Assembly (NCBI GenBank): GCA_046538155.1
Contig: JBKHJL010000002.1
Coordinates: 1-61,195, forward strand
From: Candidatus Micrarchaeia archaeon
GTDB lineage: Archaea > Micrarchaeota > Micrarchaeia > Anstonellales > Bilamarchaeaceae
Length of the DNA stretch: 61,195 nucleotides
Direction: 5' to 3'
In this document: positions 53,221 through 61,195 of the stretch, in pieces
Layout of the letters: every line of letters starts with the position of its first letter
Position numbering within the stretch: the first letter of the stretch is position 1
Translations under genes and position numbers: made by a program
The notes under the pieces: model-generated
Databases searched by the model: none
What the model was told of the DNA's origin: nothing
The model's input: the letters and a program-made list of their open reading frames with translations, nothing else

Positions 53221-53591
53221 ACAAGTTGGAAGCGGAAAAAATCCTTGTTGCATCTGTTGCACTTTTTACAGGGCTGTTAATCCTTGTGCTCTTTGTTTAT
53301 TTTTTCTCTTATCCTGCCCCATCCCTGGATTTTTCCCCCACTTCCCTTGACCTGGGCGCTTCAGGATATGAATGCAATCCAGGAGATGAGCTTCCCTGCG
53401 AGGATGAGAGGGGTTGCCCGGGCAGCAGAATCTGCCTCCACGGGGAATGGTCTTCCTGCACTGTCCGGGAGGAGTGCACCCCCGGGGAAACCCGTTTTTG
53501 CCCTACCGGAGGGTGCAGCAACGGCATCCAGGTTTGCGATTCATGTTCCCATTGGGGGCCCTGCCTCCCTTCCGGCTGCTCCAGCGGGTAA
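53217..53591 (+). CDS. small N-terminally anchored Cys-rich extracellular protein
   Basis: The GTG start overlaps the sppA stop. A TM (ILVASVALFTGLLILVLFVYFF) is followed by 12 Cys in about 70 aa (CNPGDELPCEDERGCPGSRICLHGEWSSCT...CTPGETRFCPTGGCSNGIQVCDSCSHWGPC). Confidence 0.6.
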   Translation: MNKLEAEKILVASVALFTGLLILVLFVYFFSYPAPSLDFSPTSLDLGASGYECNPGDELPCEDERGCPGSRICLHGEWSSCTVREECTPGETRFCPTGGCSNGIQVCDSCSHWGPCLPSGCSSG

Positions 53592-53631
53592 CTCCGGTGT
53601 GTTTAAAAGCTTTTATTTTAGAATTATATCG

Positions 53632-54297
53632 ATGGGAACCAGAAAAGCGTTTGTATTTTCCCTTGATTCATTTGTTGCATTTGTGCTTACAGTTGCTGCG
53701 CTGTATTCGCTCCTCTTTTTCGCAACTGTTCCCGCCGCCTATTATTCTTCGCTGACGCAGGCAAATTACCTTGCAAAAGATACTCTTCTTGCGCTTGCAA
53801 CAACTACTGCAGAGGATGGGTCTGCTTACTGCAGTGAGGGCCAGACTTATCTTGACTGTGTAATTGAAAATGACAATGCAGCGAGAGCTTATATAGGTTC
53901 AGATGGCCCTGAAGGAAAGTACGATGGGAGCGCCCTGGTGCCTGCCCAGTTCGGTTATAAGCTTGAAACTCTTGATTTTTCAGAGGGAAATGGCGAGATA
54001 AATTTCTCTGATGCAGATTGGAAAGGGGTATACAATACTGCGAACGACCCCCAGTCTGCAAACAAAAAGGAGTACCACAAACTCAAGGCAGCAGCGCATG
54101 CGCTTTATTTCGGATACAGTGAAGCCCCGGAGGGAGGAGAGGAATCCCCGCTCCACTATGTTAGCTGTGGGGGCGATTACACAATCTGCTCCTGGCCCGA
54201 ACCATTTATCTATTATGGCAGCTATGACCATGACGGGAACACGGACATCGTCGGAGATGCATATTCGCGGGTTGTGAGGCTCACAGTATATACTTGA
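53632..54297 (+). CDS. pilin-like protein with class III signal peptide
   Basis: MGTRKAFVFSLDSFVAFVLTVAALYSLLFF. The track ORF (53284..) has a non-coding-looking N-terminal extension that overlaps the Cys-rich gene. Confidence 0.65.
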   Translation: MGTRKAFVFSLDSFVAFVLTVAALYSLLFFATVPAAYYSSLTQANYLAKDTLLALATTTAEDGSAYCSEGQTYLDCVIENDNAARAYIGSDGPEGKYDGSALVPAQFGYKLETLDFSEGNGEINFSDADWKGVYNTANDPQSANKKEYHKLKAAAHALYFGYSEAPEGGEESPLHYVSCGGDYTICSWPEPFIYYGSYDHDGNTDIVGDAYSRVVRLTVYT

Positions 54298-54306
54298 GGT
54301 TTCCCC

Positions 54307-56061
54307 ATGAACAGAAAAGGATTTTTCTTCATAATTGTGGCGTTCGTCCTCCTTTCCTACATCCTTACCTCCACTTATTTCTGGGTACGGGCAATAGAGA
54401 TGGAGGAATCCAGGTATTCCGAGGCGTTCCGCACAAGCTCTATGGAGATGGTACTTTCCCAGGTAAATGAGGAGAGCGTAGGCGAGTATGTAGATATCTC
54501 CGCCAGGTATGCGTTTTACCGCCTTAATCACCATTCAATTGAAAACCCGGTGAAGGTTCATGATAATGTCAATATTGAAAGCGAGGATTCCCTGGATGGC
54601 TCCGAACTGGAGAATGTCCGCCTTGCTATGCGCGAGCTTGTGCTCTCGGGAACAGCATCCGGGGATTATTTTAAGGGAGACGGGCTGGAATATACAGAAG
54701 GGGAAAAACTGGTCTATTCTCTGGATGGATGGAAAAACCAGCTCAATGCATCTCTTGCTGCAGCCGGCTTCGAGCTTATTGAACTTTCCATAGACGAGGA
54801 TTCTTTTGAATTCAACCAGGTTAACTTTACCCGGTTTGAGCTCGTTTTTGAAATGAACATGACTGTTGTGGATACCCAGGCCGGCTCTTCAACTTCCATC
54901 CACCGCACGTATGATGTGAATCGCACAGTGGATGCAACAGGGATGGTCGACCCATATATTGCCCGGGAATCCGAGAATCTGAACATTGAATGGGAAGGCG
55001 AGAGCGTGCTGGTGGGAAAACCCGTGTTTATTGCACCCTACTGGGAGGAGGGTTATGAGGCCCTTTGCTCCGGAGGTGATAATGATCCCTGCTATTATGA
55101 GGACGAGGGCTCAGAAGGCCAGGGCTGGTTTTATGGGCCTGTTGTGATGGCCGGAGAAGCATCTACTGTTCCTGAAAATGCAACCGACAATTATATTCTT
55201 GCAGGGAATTATTCTGCCATAAAATCCACCCAGGGGTGGGACAAGTTTGGCGCATACATTCTAACGAGCCCGCCTACTGAAGAAAATTCTAATTGCCCAT
55301 CTGAAAACGACCAGGACGATACCTTCAGCCCGGTCTATTATGATGAGGAATGTGATGCAGAGCTGGATACCGGCTCAAATGATTTTATCCAGAAGCCCTT
55401 CATGGTTTACGAAGGGTTTGATATTGATGATTATTTTGGAGTGGATCTCCAGACCGGGGACGGGGAAGCCCACAAGCTCCTGTTTGTTGCAGGCGCAAAC
55501 CCCTGGGAAGTGGAAACCGACCCTGAGCTGAAGTTTGAGGAGGTTTCAGTTTACAATATCGAGAACCTCAGGGATTTTGTAATGTGCGGATACTATATGC
55601 CGCGCAACAACAGCCCCTCTTTCCTTCACCGCATGTTTGACCTGCAAGGAATGTTTAATGATGAGCTTCCTGCATATGATGACTGGCCGGAGAGCCCCTG
55701 GGGAATTGAGACCACTGCAGCAGGAAGGTGGGCAGGTGGAAATCTGGTCGCCGATTCTTGGGATGATTACAGCAGGGTTGACGTTGAGTTCTTTTCAGAG
55801 GTGGAGGACACTCCCCAGAATCCGGTACAGATGATTAAGGGAATGCCCGGAAACAAGAATGTTTACATGTGCAACATGGAGTTCGGGTACGACCCGGACC
55901 TGGAGCATGTTGGGCACTTCAGGCTGAGCGACTGGGCCCAGGATGACAGGGAAGAATACGACGATATTTATTGGATAGAGACTGATGACAGCCCGGATGT
56001 ACCGGAAAACGACAATATAGGTTGTGATAATGATGAGCAGGCAGACTGCGAGCTTGAGTAA
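54307..56061 (+). CDS. large (584 aa) acidic pilin-like protein with class III signal peptide
   Basis: MNRKGFFFIIVAFVLLSYILTS is followed by about 550 aa rich in D/E/N/G/Y with no further TM. Confidence 0.65.
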   Translation: MNRKGFFFIIVAFVLLSYILTSTYFWVRAIEMEESRYSEAFRTSSMEMVLSQVNEESVGEYVDISARYAFYRLNHHSIENPVKVHDNVNIESEDSLDGSELENVRLAMRELVLSGTASGDYFKGDGLEYTEGEKLVYSLDGWKNQLNASLAAAGFELIELSIDEDSFEFNQVNFTRFELVFEMNMTVVDTQAGSSTSIHRTYDVNRTVDATGMVDPYIARESENLNIEWEGESVLVGKPVFIAPYWEEGYEALCSGGDNDPCYYEDEGSEGQGWFYGPVVMAGEASTVPENATDNYILAGNYSAIKSTQGWDKFGAYILTSPPTEENSNCPSENDQDDTFSPVYYDEECDAELDTGSNDFIQKPFMVYEGFDIDDYFGVDLQTGDGEAHKLLFVAGANPWEVETDPELKFEEVSVYNIENLRDFVMCGYYMPRNNSPSFLHRMFDLQGMFNDELPAYDDWPESPWGIETTAAGRWAGGNLVADSWDDYSRVDVEFFSEVEDTPQNPVQMIKGMPGNKNVYMCNMEFGYDPDLEHVGHFRLSDWAQDDREEYDDIYWIETDDSPDVPENDNIGCDNDEQADCELE

Positions 56062-56497
56062 GAAAGGCCAGGCAGCCACTGAAACAATGGTCACCCTGGG
56101 AATGATTCTTGTTTTCGTGATACCTATACTGCTCCTGCTGCTCGTTGGTGCACAGGCCAGGTTTGAGTCCCTTTCCCATATCCAGGGGGGCTCAGTTACC
56201 CGGATAGTTTCTGATTCCATAAATGAGGTCTATATTGAAGGCCCTGGCGCCTCAAAAACAGTTGTAGTCAATTTCCCGAGCAATGCCCGGTACCTGAACA
56301 TAACAGGGGATGAAGCAGTAATGGGGCTGGATACACGTAGCGGGCCAACGGAGATAGTTTCCCCGTTTTTCGGAGAGCTCAACCAGAGTTCCCAGGGGCT
56401 GGTTGCACTTCCCTCTGGGGATGCACCTTCCGGGCTTTACCCGATAAAGTTTTACGCAGACAGCAGCGGAAATGTGGTGATTGAGCATGGCGGGTAG
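56024..56497 (+). CDS. pilin-like protein with class III signal peptide (KGQ type)
   Basis: SLSKKGQAATETMVTLGMILVFVIPILLLLLVG. The start is ambiguous among the ATGs at 56024-56033 and overlaps the upstream 3' end. Confidence 0.7.
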   Translation: MIMMSRQTASLSKKGQAATETMVTLGMILVFVIPILLLLLVGAQARFESLSHIQGGSVTRIVSDSINEVYIEGPGASKTVVVNFPSNARYLNITGDEAVMGLDTRSGPTEIVSPFFGELNQSSQGLVALPSGDAPSGLYPIKFYADSSGNVVIEHGG

Positions 56498-57032
56498 CAG
56501 GAAGGGCCAGATTGCAATTGAGTTTCTGATGTATTCAGGGCTTTTCCTGATAATCGCAATTGGGGCATATGTCCTCACTTCTTTTACAGAGAGGGGTGAA
56601 GTGAGCCTCAGGGAGTCCCAGCTTATTGACGCCTTTGGATACAAGTTCGCTTCTGCCCCCACAATCGCTTACAAGGGAGGGGAGGGACTCACATATGATA
56701 TTTCTTTTGCAAAGAAGCTTGACAACCGCCCCTACAACGTCACCTATGCCTGCACTGACGGCGGCTCCAGGAGCTGCTATGTGCAGATTGCCTGGAGAGG
56801 AACCTACCAGGAGTTCAATTATCCATATGTGATTGCGCCTGCAATTTACAAAAAAGGGGAGGGTGCAGGGAGTTCAGATTGCATCGAAGACATAAGTTCA
56901 AGCAGTGCTGTTGACCTTGCCCTAAGGGTGGATTCAGAAGACACGGACGGCCACCTCATGTTCCACAACACGGGAATCCAGCCCGGGGACGAGTATCCCA
57001 CGATTGAGCTTTACTGCGAGGTGAATCAATGA
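56481..57032 (+). CDS. pilin-like protein with class III signal peptide (KGQ type)
   Basis: MAGSRKGQIAIEFLMYSGLFLIIAIGAYVL. Confidence 0.7.
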   Translation: MSMAGSRKGQIAIEFLMYSGLFLIIAIGAYVLTSFTERGEVSLRESQLIDAFGYKFASAPTIAYKGGEGLTYDISFAKKLDNRPYNVTYACTDGGSRSCYVQIAWRGTYQEFNYPYVIAPAIYKKGEGAGSSDCIEDISSSSAVDLALRVDSEDTDGHLMFHNTGIQPGDEYPTIELYCEVNQ

Positions 57033-57487
57033 AGGGCCAGTATTTCAGTTTTGACGCAATAATCGGAGCATCCATATTCATCCTCACCCTTGTTGCAATC
57101 TTTTCTTACTGGTACGGGGTGAGCAATTCAATTGAGCAGCAGCAGTCGGCCCTTGCAACAGAGGCAATCCGCATCGCGGATATTCTTTATTCTCCAACCG
57201 AAGTCCCTTACGGAATAACTGTAAATTGGAGCGATAAGCATCTCTATGTTCCAAAGGTGGAAGATCTCTGCGACGGTGAAAGTCCTCCTGCAGAGGCACT
57301 GGGCTCTGAATACGCAGTTTCAATTGATTTCAATACCCGCGGGGATGATGTTTGCACCTGGGGCCCCGAGTCCATAGATTCAAATGAGATATACAGGATG
57401 CGCAGGACGGGCTCTTATCTGTACGAAGATGGCACAACCCAACTGGGTTATGTAGATATTTACGTATATAATCCCTATAGCAACTAA
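57029..57487 (+). CDS. pilin-like protein with class III signal peptide (KGQ type)
   Basis: MKGQYFSFDAIIGASIFILTLVAIFSYW. ATGA overlap with the upstream gene. Confidence 0.7.
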   Translation: MKGQYFSFDAIIGASIFILTLVAIFSYWYGVSNSIEQQQSALATEAIRIADILYSPTEVPYGITVNWSDKHLYVPKVEDLCDGESPPAEALGSEYAVSIDFNTRGDDVCTWGPESIDSNEIYRMRRTGSYLYEDGTTQLGYVDIYVYNPYSN

Positions 57488-58746
57488 ACCAGTTCCCCAA
57501 ACAGGCTTCCGTGATTGCAATCCACTATTTTTGCTTTTACCCATTCCCCGATTTTAACATCAGAATTTATGCATACCTGCTTGTAATTGTTCATTCTTCC
57601 TGTAGGCGTTTTCTGCATTTCTGTTATGAGCACGTCTTCTGTTTTCCCAAGATGTCCTGAATTGCGCTTTTCTCCGAGAAGGTGGACCAGCCTGCTCATC
57701 TCAGTGCTCCTCCTCTTTATTTCCGCAGTATCTATTTTTTTCATCCTGCTTGCTTCCGTTCCCTTCCTGGACGAGAATTTTGAAATGTTTACTATGTCCG
57801 GTTTTACCCTCTCCAGCAGTTTTTTGCTCTGGTCAAAGTCTCCCTCTGTTTCAGTCGGGTAGCCCACAATAATGTCCGTGGATATTGTTGCATCCGGGAA
57901 CTTCCCCCTTACTGCTGACACAACATTCTCAAAATCCTTCACGCTGTGCGCACGGTTCATGCTTTCCCGCACCCTCTCGCTCCCGGTCTGAACAGGAATG
58001 TGGAGGAACCTGTAGAATTTCGTGTGCCCCATTATCTCCAGCAGCTCGGGCAGGAATCTTTTTGCATGGCCGGGATTCACCATCCCCAGCCTTACCCGGA
58101 AATCACCTTCTACCGCCAGTATCCCCCTCAGGAGTTCCGGCAACCCTGAACCGATGTCCAGCCCATATGCCCCTGTGTCCTGCCCGGTCACCTGTATCTC
58201 CTTTGCGCCCTTTTCAACTCCGAGTTCAACCCACCTTTTTATGGTTGTCGGGCTCCTGCTGCTCAGCTTTGGCCTTGCTATTTTTGTCTGGCAGAAGCTG
58301 CAGTTCCCTACACATCCATCCTGTGCAGGTATTCTCAGTATGGGAACAGTATAAAGCCTGGGGAGCAGGTCCTTGTTTTCCCCCCCTTCAAAAATCTTCA
58401 TCCCCTCCCTTTTTGCGCACTCCACCGCCTCAACTATGCTTGATAGGGCATCCGGCATGACTATGGGCGCATCCGGGCAGGCTGTGGCTACCCTTTCCCT
58501 GTTGGGATTCATCCCAAGGCAGCCCGCAACAACGATTTTTTTTCCTTGCTTGTGCAGCTGTGAAATGCGGTAAATGATTTTGTTTTCTGTTGTTTCCTTT
58601 ACTGCGCAGGTATTCAGGATAATGATGTTTGCATCAGGAGAGAGACAGTATCCTGCCTCTTCCAGGATGCCTTTCATTATGTCGCTGTCCCCATGGTTTA
58701 GCGTGCATCCATATGTTTCAATCCATACTGTTTCCATCACGCTCAC
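57484..58746 (-). CDS. MiaB-like radical SAM tRNA methylthiotransferase, archaeal (CDKAL1/e-MtaB) type
   Basis: N-terminal UPF0004 cysteines (TYGCTLNHGDS...NTCAV...AGCL), radical SAM motif CVGNCSFCQ and a C-terminal TRAM-like domain. Confidence 0.85.
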   Translation of the reverse strand: MSVMETVWIETYGCTLNHGDSDIMKGILEEAGYCLSPDANIIILNTCAVKETTENKIIYRISQLHKQGKKIVVAGCLGMNPNRERVATACPDAPIVMPDALSSIVEAVECAKREGMKIFEGGENKDLLPRLYTVPILRIPAQDGCVGNCSFCQTKIARPKLSSRSPTTIKRWVELGVEKGAKEIQVTGQDTGAYGLDIGSGLPELLRGILAVEGDFRVRLGMVNPGHAKRFLPELLEIMGHTKFYRFLHIPVQTGSERVRESMNRAHSVKDFENVVSAVRGKFPDATISTDIIVGYPTETEGDFDQSKKLLERVKPDIVNISKFSSRKGTEASRMKKIDTAEIKRRSTEMSRLVHLLGEKRNSGHLGKTEDVLITEMQKTPTGRMNNYKQVCINSDVKIGEWVKAKIVDCNHGSLFGELV

Positions 58747-58747
58747 A

Positions 58748-60181
58748 CTACTTCCTGGAGGAGGGAATCACCAGCTCAAGCTTGGTGGGCTTTTTGCTGA
58801 CGTTCCCCATTTTTCCTCCCACAAGGACTTGCACTTCTTTGCTTTCCGCAAGGTCCACGAGCCTCTGGGTCACAATCCCGTCAAAGACGATTGCGTGGAT
58901 TCCCTTCACTTCTTCCAGGGATTTTATCACTTCCCTTACCGGAAGTTCCTTTATCATCTTGTAATCCTCATCATAGAACCTTGCCTTGAGGGTTTTGGAA
59001 AGCTCCTTGAGCTCGTTTTCCAGTTCCTCCTTGGAAAGCTTCTTTTTTTCCGGCGCAGGGGGTGCGGCTGCCTCTTTTTCCCTGGTTTTTTTCTCCTCGC
59101 CTTTATCTTCCTCCTTTTTCTCTTTTTCCCTGGACGGGGCCGCTTCTTCCTTTGCCTTCTTTTCCCCTTCCTCTTTGACCGATGCTTTCATTTTTGCAGC
59201 CTCCCTCTCAACCTTTTCAAGGATGCTCTCCCTTTTCCTCCGTCTTCCTCCCCCGGAAGGGGCAGGGCGCTCGCTCGGCTGCTGCGGTGCTTTTTGCTCG
59301 GGCACGTTCATCACTGTGTTCCTGTGCGAGGGTATGGGCGAAGACCCCTTTGCCTCCTGCTCAAACGGCACCTTGTTTTTTAGGCATTTCATCACTTCCT
59401 TTCTTGTAAGCTCTTCTACTTCCTTTCCTGCGGGCGCCCTTGCAAGGAAGTCTATGTCTGCCCCCGCATTTATCAGCTCCCGCAGTATCATGTCTCCTCC
59501 ACGGTCGCCATCAAGGAATACGGTGGTTTCTCTTTCCCTGGTGAGCGTTGCTATTGTGGGGGGTACTTTTGCCCCGCCTATTCCTACCACGCTGGAGATG
59601 TCCTTTTTCAGGAGGTTCACGACATCTGCCCTGCCTTCAACAAGGATTATCTCTTCTGCCCTGGATATTCCCGGGCCTGCAGGAAGCCGGTCTTTTCCGT
59701 AAGTGGTTATTTCTGCTGCCTTTACCTCTTCCCTCACCATATCTGATATCTCCTGGCTCTCGGGAAGTTCGGTATTTATCAGGTGCCTGAGCAGCCCTTT
59801 TGAGCGGTTGATAAGCTGGTCCCTCTTTATGTTGCGGGTATCCTCTATGTTGCTCGTTTTGATGTTTGCTTCGCAGGGTCCAACCCTTTCCACTGTTTCA
59901 ATAGCTGCTGCAATTATGCAGGTTTCAACCATATCCAGTGAACTGGGGATTTTTATTACCCCCCTGGTCTTTCCACTTTTGGGCTTCAGATCAACTTCTA
60001 TCCTGCCGATTCTTCCGTTTTTCTGGAGGTCTCTCAGGTCGAGTTCTTCCCCGAGGAGCCCCTCAGTCTGCCCGAATATTGCTCCCACAACATCCGGCTT
60101 ATCTACTATTCCATCAACATTTACGTCTGCATAAATGAGGTACTTTACTGTATCTATGTATGTTTTTGCCATAATATTCAC
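58748..60181 (-). CDS. dnaG: archaeal DnaG primase (Toprim) with K/E-rich linker
   Basis: N-terminus KYLIYADVNVDGIVDKPDVVGAIFGQTEGLLG and Toprim segment IILVEGRADVVNL...VFLDGDRGGD. Confidence 0.9.
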   Translation of the reverse strand: MNIMAKTYIDTVKYLIYADVNVDGIVDKPDVVGAIFGQTEGLLGEELDLRDLQKNGRIGRIEVDLKPKSGKTRGVIKIPSSLDMVETCIIAAAIETVERVGPCEANIKTSNIEDTRNIKRDQLINRSKGLLRHLINTELPESQEISDMVREEVKAAEITTYGKDRLPAGPGISRAEEIILVEGRADVVNLLKKDISSVVGIGGAKVPPTIATLTRERETTVFLDGDRGGDMILRELINAGADIDFLARAPAGKEVEELTRKEVMKCLKNKVPFEQEAKGSSPIPSHRNTVMNVPEQKAPQQPSERPAPSGGGRRRKRESILEKVEREAAKMKASVKEEGEKKAKEEAAPSREKEKKEEDKGEEKKTREKEAAAPPAPEKKKLSKEELENELKELSKTLKARFYDEDYKMIKELPVREVIKSLEEVKGIHAIVFDGIVTQRLVDLAESKEVQVLVGGKMGNVSKKPTKLELVIPSSRK

Positions 60182-60544
60182 CTAATTTTCTTTTAGTTCT
60201 TCTAATTTTTCCTTATATTTTTTTTCAAAGTTTTCAATATGCGTAAGCCGAAGTATTGCCATAAGCCGCTTTCTTGTTTCAAGGTCTGCCTTTATGCTGT
60301 TCGATTCAAGCTCTCCTTTTGCCATCACTGCCAGCTCTTCACCCGCACTGTCCCTGTCCATAAGCACTATCGCCTCTCCCCCTGTTTCATTTCCCCAGGC
60401 CCTGAATATTTCTGAAGCCATCCTGCAGGCGGTTTCCAGCCTGCCCGCCGCTTTCAGGATTTTCCCTGATTCCATGTATGGCTCCAGCGCCCTCTCATCC
60501 TTTTTGCCCTCCACCAGGACCACAGAGTCCTGCAGCCTTTCCAT
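60182..60544 (-). CDS. small Toprim-domain protein (COG1658/RNase M5-like)
   Basis: VVLVEGKKDERAL...IVLMDRDSAGEEL. The track start at 60616 would overlap the upstream gene by 68 nt. ATG 60544 (MERLQD...) avoids that. Confidence 0.65.
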   Translation of the reverse strand: MERLQDSVVLVEGKKDERALEPYMESGKILKAAGRLETACRMASEIFRAWGNETGGEAIVLMDRDSAGEELAVMAKGELESNSIKADLETRKRLMAILRLTHIENFEKKYKEKLEELKEN

Positions 60545-60548
60545 CAGC

Positions 60549-60815
60549 TTATTGAGCTCCTTTTCCTGAGCCTGCTTTTCTGAGTGCGTCAAGGACCTCT
60601 TCTTCTTTTCCTTCAATCTTCAGCACCTTCTTTTTTGCCTTTGCTCCGGAAATGAGCCAGACATCCTTTCCCAGGAGTTTTTCCAGCCCTGTTATTACTG
60701 CTGCATTTGCCTTGTTTCCTTCTGCCTTTTCTTTCACGTATATTTTCCATCCGCTGCTGTTACTGCCTATCCTGAATTTTCCGGCATTTGGCACCACTCT
60801 TACGCATATTTTCAT
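60549..60815 (-). CDS. DUF167/YggU-family protein
   Basis: MKICVRVVPNAGKFRI...IYVKEKAEGNKANAAVITGLEKLLGKDVWLISGAKAKKKVLKIEG fits the DUF167 pattern (V.V.PnA...v.apP..GkAN..l..fL...l.....i..G..s..K.v.i). The track ORF start at 60899 looks non-coding. Confidence 0.65.
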   Translation of the reverse strand: MKICVRVVPNAGKFRIGSNSSGWKIYVKEKAEGNKANAAVITGLEKLLGKDVWLISGAKAKKKVLKIEGKEEEVLDALRKAGSGKGAQ

Positions 60816-61002
60816 ATCTTCACATGCTGAGGGTTCCGGAAAGGCGGTATCTGCCGCCTTAAAACGAGTAGGAGTATGAGCTGTGCACTGTTGACGCAAC
60901 GGTCATCGCTTGAAGCTACCGCGGCCATCCTGTGCACAGCGTGAGCATGCTGCATCCGCCGCCCCTTCAAAACAAAAACAGGGCAGGCAGTTGCAGGTCT
61001 TT

Positions 61003-61195
61003 TCAAACCAGGCCTGCTTCGGCCCTTTCTTCCAGCAGGTCAACAATTGAGGGAAAAACACCCATTATGTCCCCCTCGCTTATCATTCCCACCAGTCTGT
61101 TGTCTTTACCAACTACGGGAAACCTCTTGAGCCCGTATTTCCGCATCATTCTTGCGACCTCTTCAATTTTTGTTGCGGGCCGTACAACTTTGAGC
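61003..61195 (-). CDS. CBS-domain protein, C-terminal fragment (5' end outside the window)
   Basis: Hand translation of the minus strand from 61194 gives LKVVRPATKIEEVARMMRKYGLKRFPVVGKDNRLVGMISEGDIMGVFPSIVDLLEERAEAGLV followed by a stop at 61003-61005. This is a typical CBS motif. It is not in the ORF track. Confidence 0.7.
   Translation of the reverse strand, partial: LKVVRPATKIEEVARMMRKYGLKRFPVVGKDNRLVGMISEGDIMGVFPSIVDLLEERAEAGLV

Noticed and set aside
53284-53631. N-terminal 116 codons of track ORF 53284-54297
   Set aside because: The sequence is P/A/S/L-rich with no features and overlaps the better-supported Cys-rich gene 53217-53591. The class III leader starts at ATG 53632.
58574-59702. 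Plus-strand ORFs 58574-59383 (269 aa) and 58986-59702 (238 aa) antisense to dnaG
   Set aside because: The DnaG frame carries unmistakable Toprim and N-terminal motifs. The antisense ORFs are F/L/S-rich artefacts of the K/E-rich linker.
60812-61006. Track ORF 60812-61006 (64 aa, minus strand)
   Set aside because: It spans the GC-rich intergenic hairpin region. The product is R/A/C/H-rich, and no start context or homology-like pattern is visible.

Overview
Densely coding archaeal chromosomal segment. The archaeal assignment rests on MCM helicase, archaeal DnaG primase, ribosomal protein S8e, archaeal-type LeuRS and MetRS, ApgM, CDP-archaeol synthase, Trm5, a presenilin-type GxGD protease and a Cgi121-like ORF. 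TATA-like TTTAAA boxes sit about 25-35 nt upstream of many ATGs, so several mRNAs look leaderless. The lineage cannot be determined without searches. The many K/E/P-rich low-complexity insertions and the surface-appendage gene content are compatible with an uncultivated DPANN-like archaeon, but that is a guess. I recognised no rRNA, tRNA, CRISPR array, transposase or integrase. About 60 CDS are supported. Two of them are absent from the ORF track: a 49-aa CxxC-x17-CxxC zinc ribbon at 29627-29776 and a 5'-truncated CBS-domain CDS at the right edge. There are three notable blocks. (1) An Epd/Tad-like type IV pilus operon at 19882-27618: a wHTH/coiled-coil protein, a secretion ATPase with a hyper-charged N-terminal extension, a P/K-rich protein, two separate T2SSF (TadB/TadC, EpdJ/K-like) platform genes and a Flp-like pilin. 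It lies opposite a divergent 4x wHTH-repeat gene. (2) A second cluster of five class III signal-peptide (pilin-like) genes at 53632-57487, preceded by a Cys-rich anchored protein. (3) The strongest candidate for something undescribed: a tightly coupled tandem array of six divergent paralogous polytopic membrane proteins at 39361-46038. They share three motifs, and I cannot assign them to any family I know. Also notable is a HARP-type (protein-only RNase P / RNA ligase partner) gene near a Pab1020-type RNA ligase. All functional calls come from motif recognition by eye and memory of protein families. No search or computation was run.
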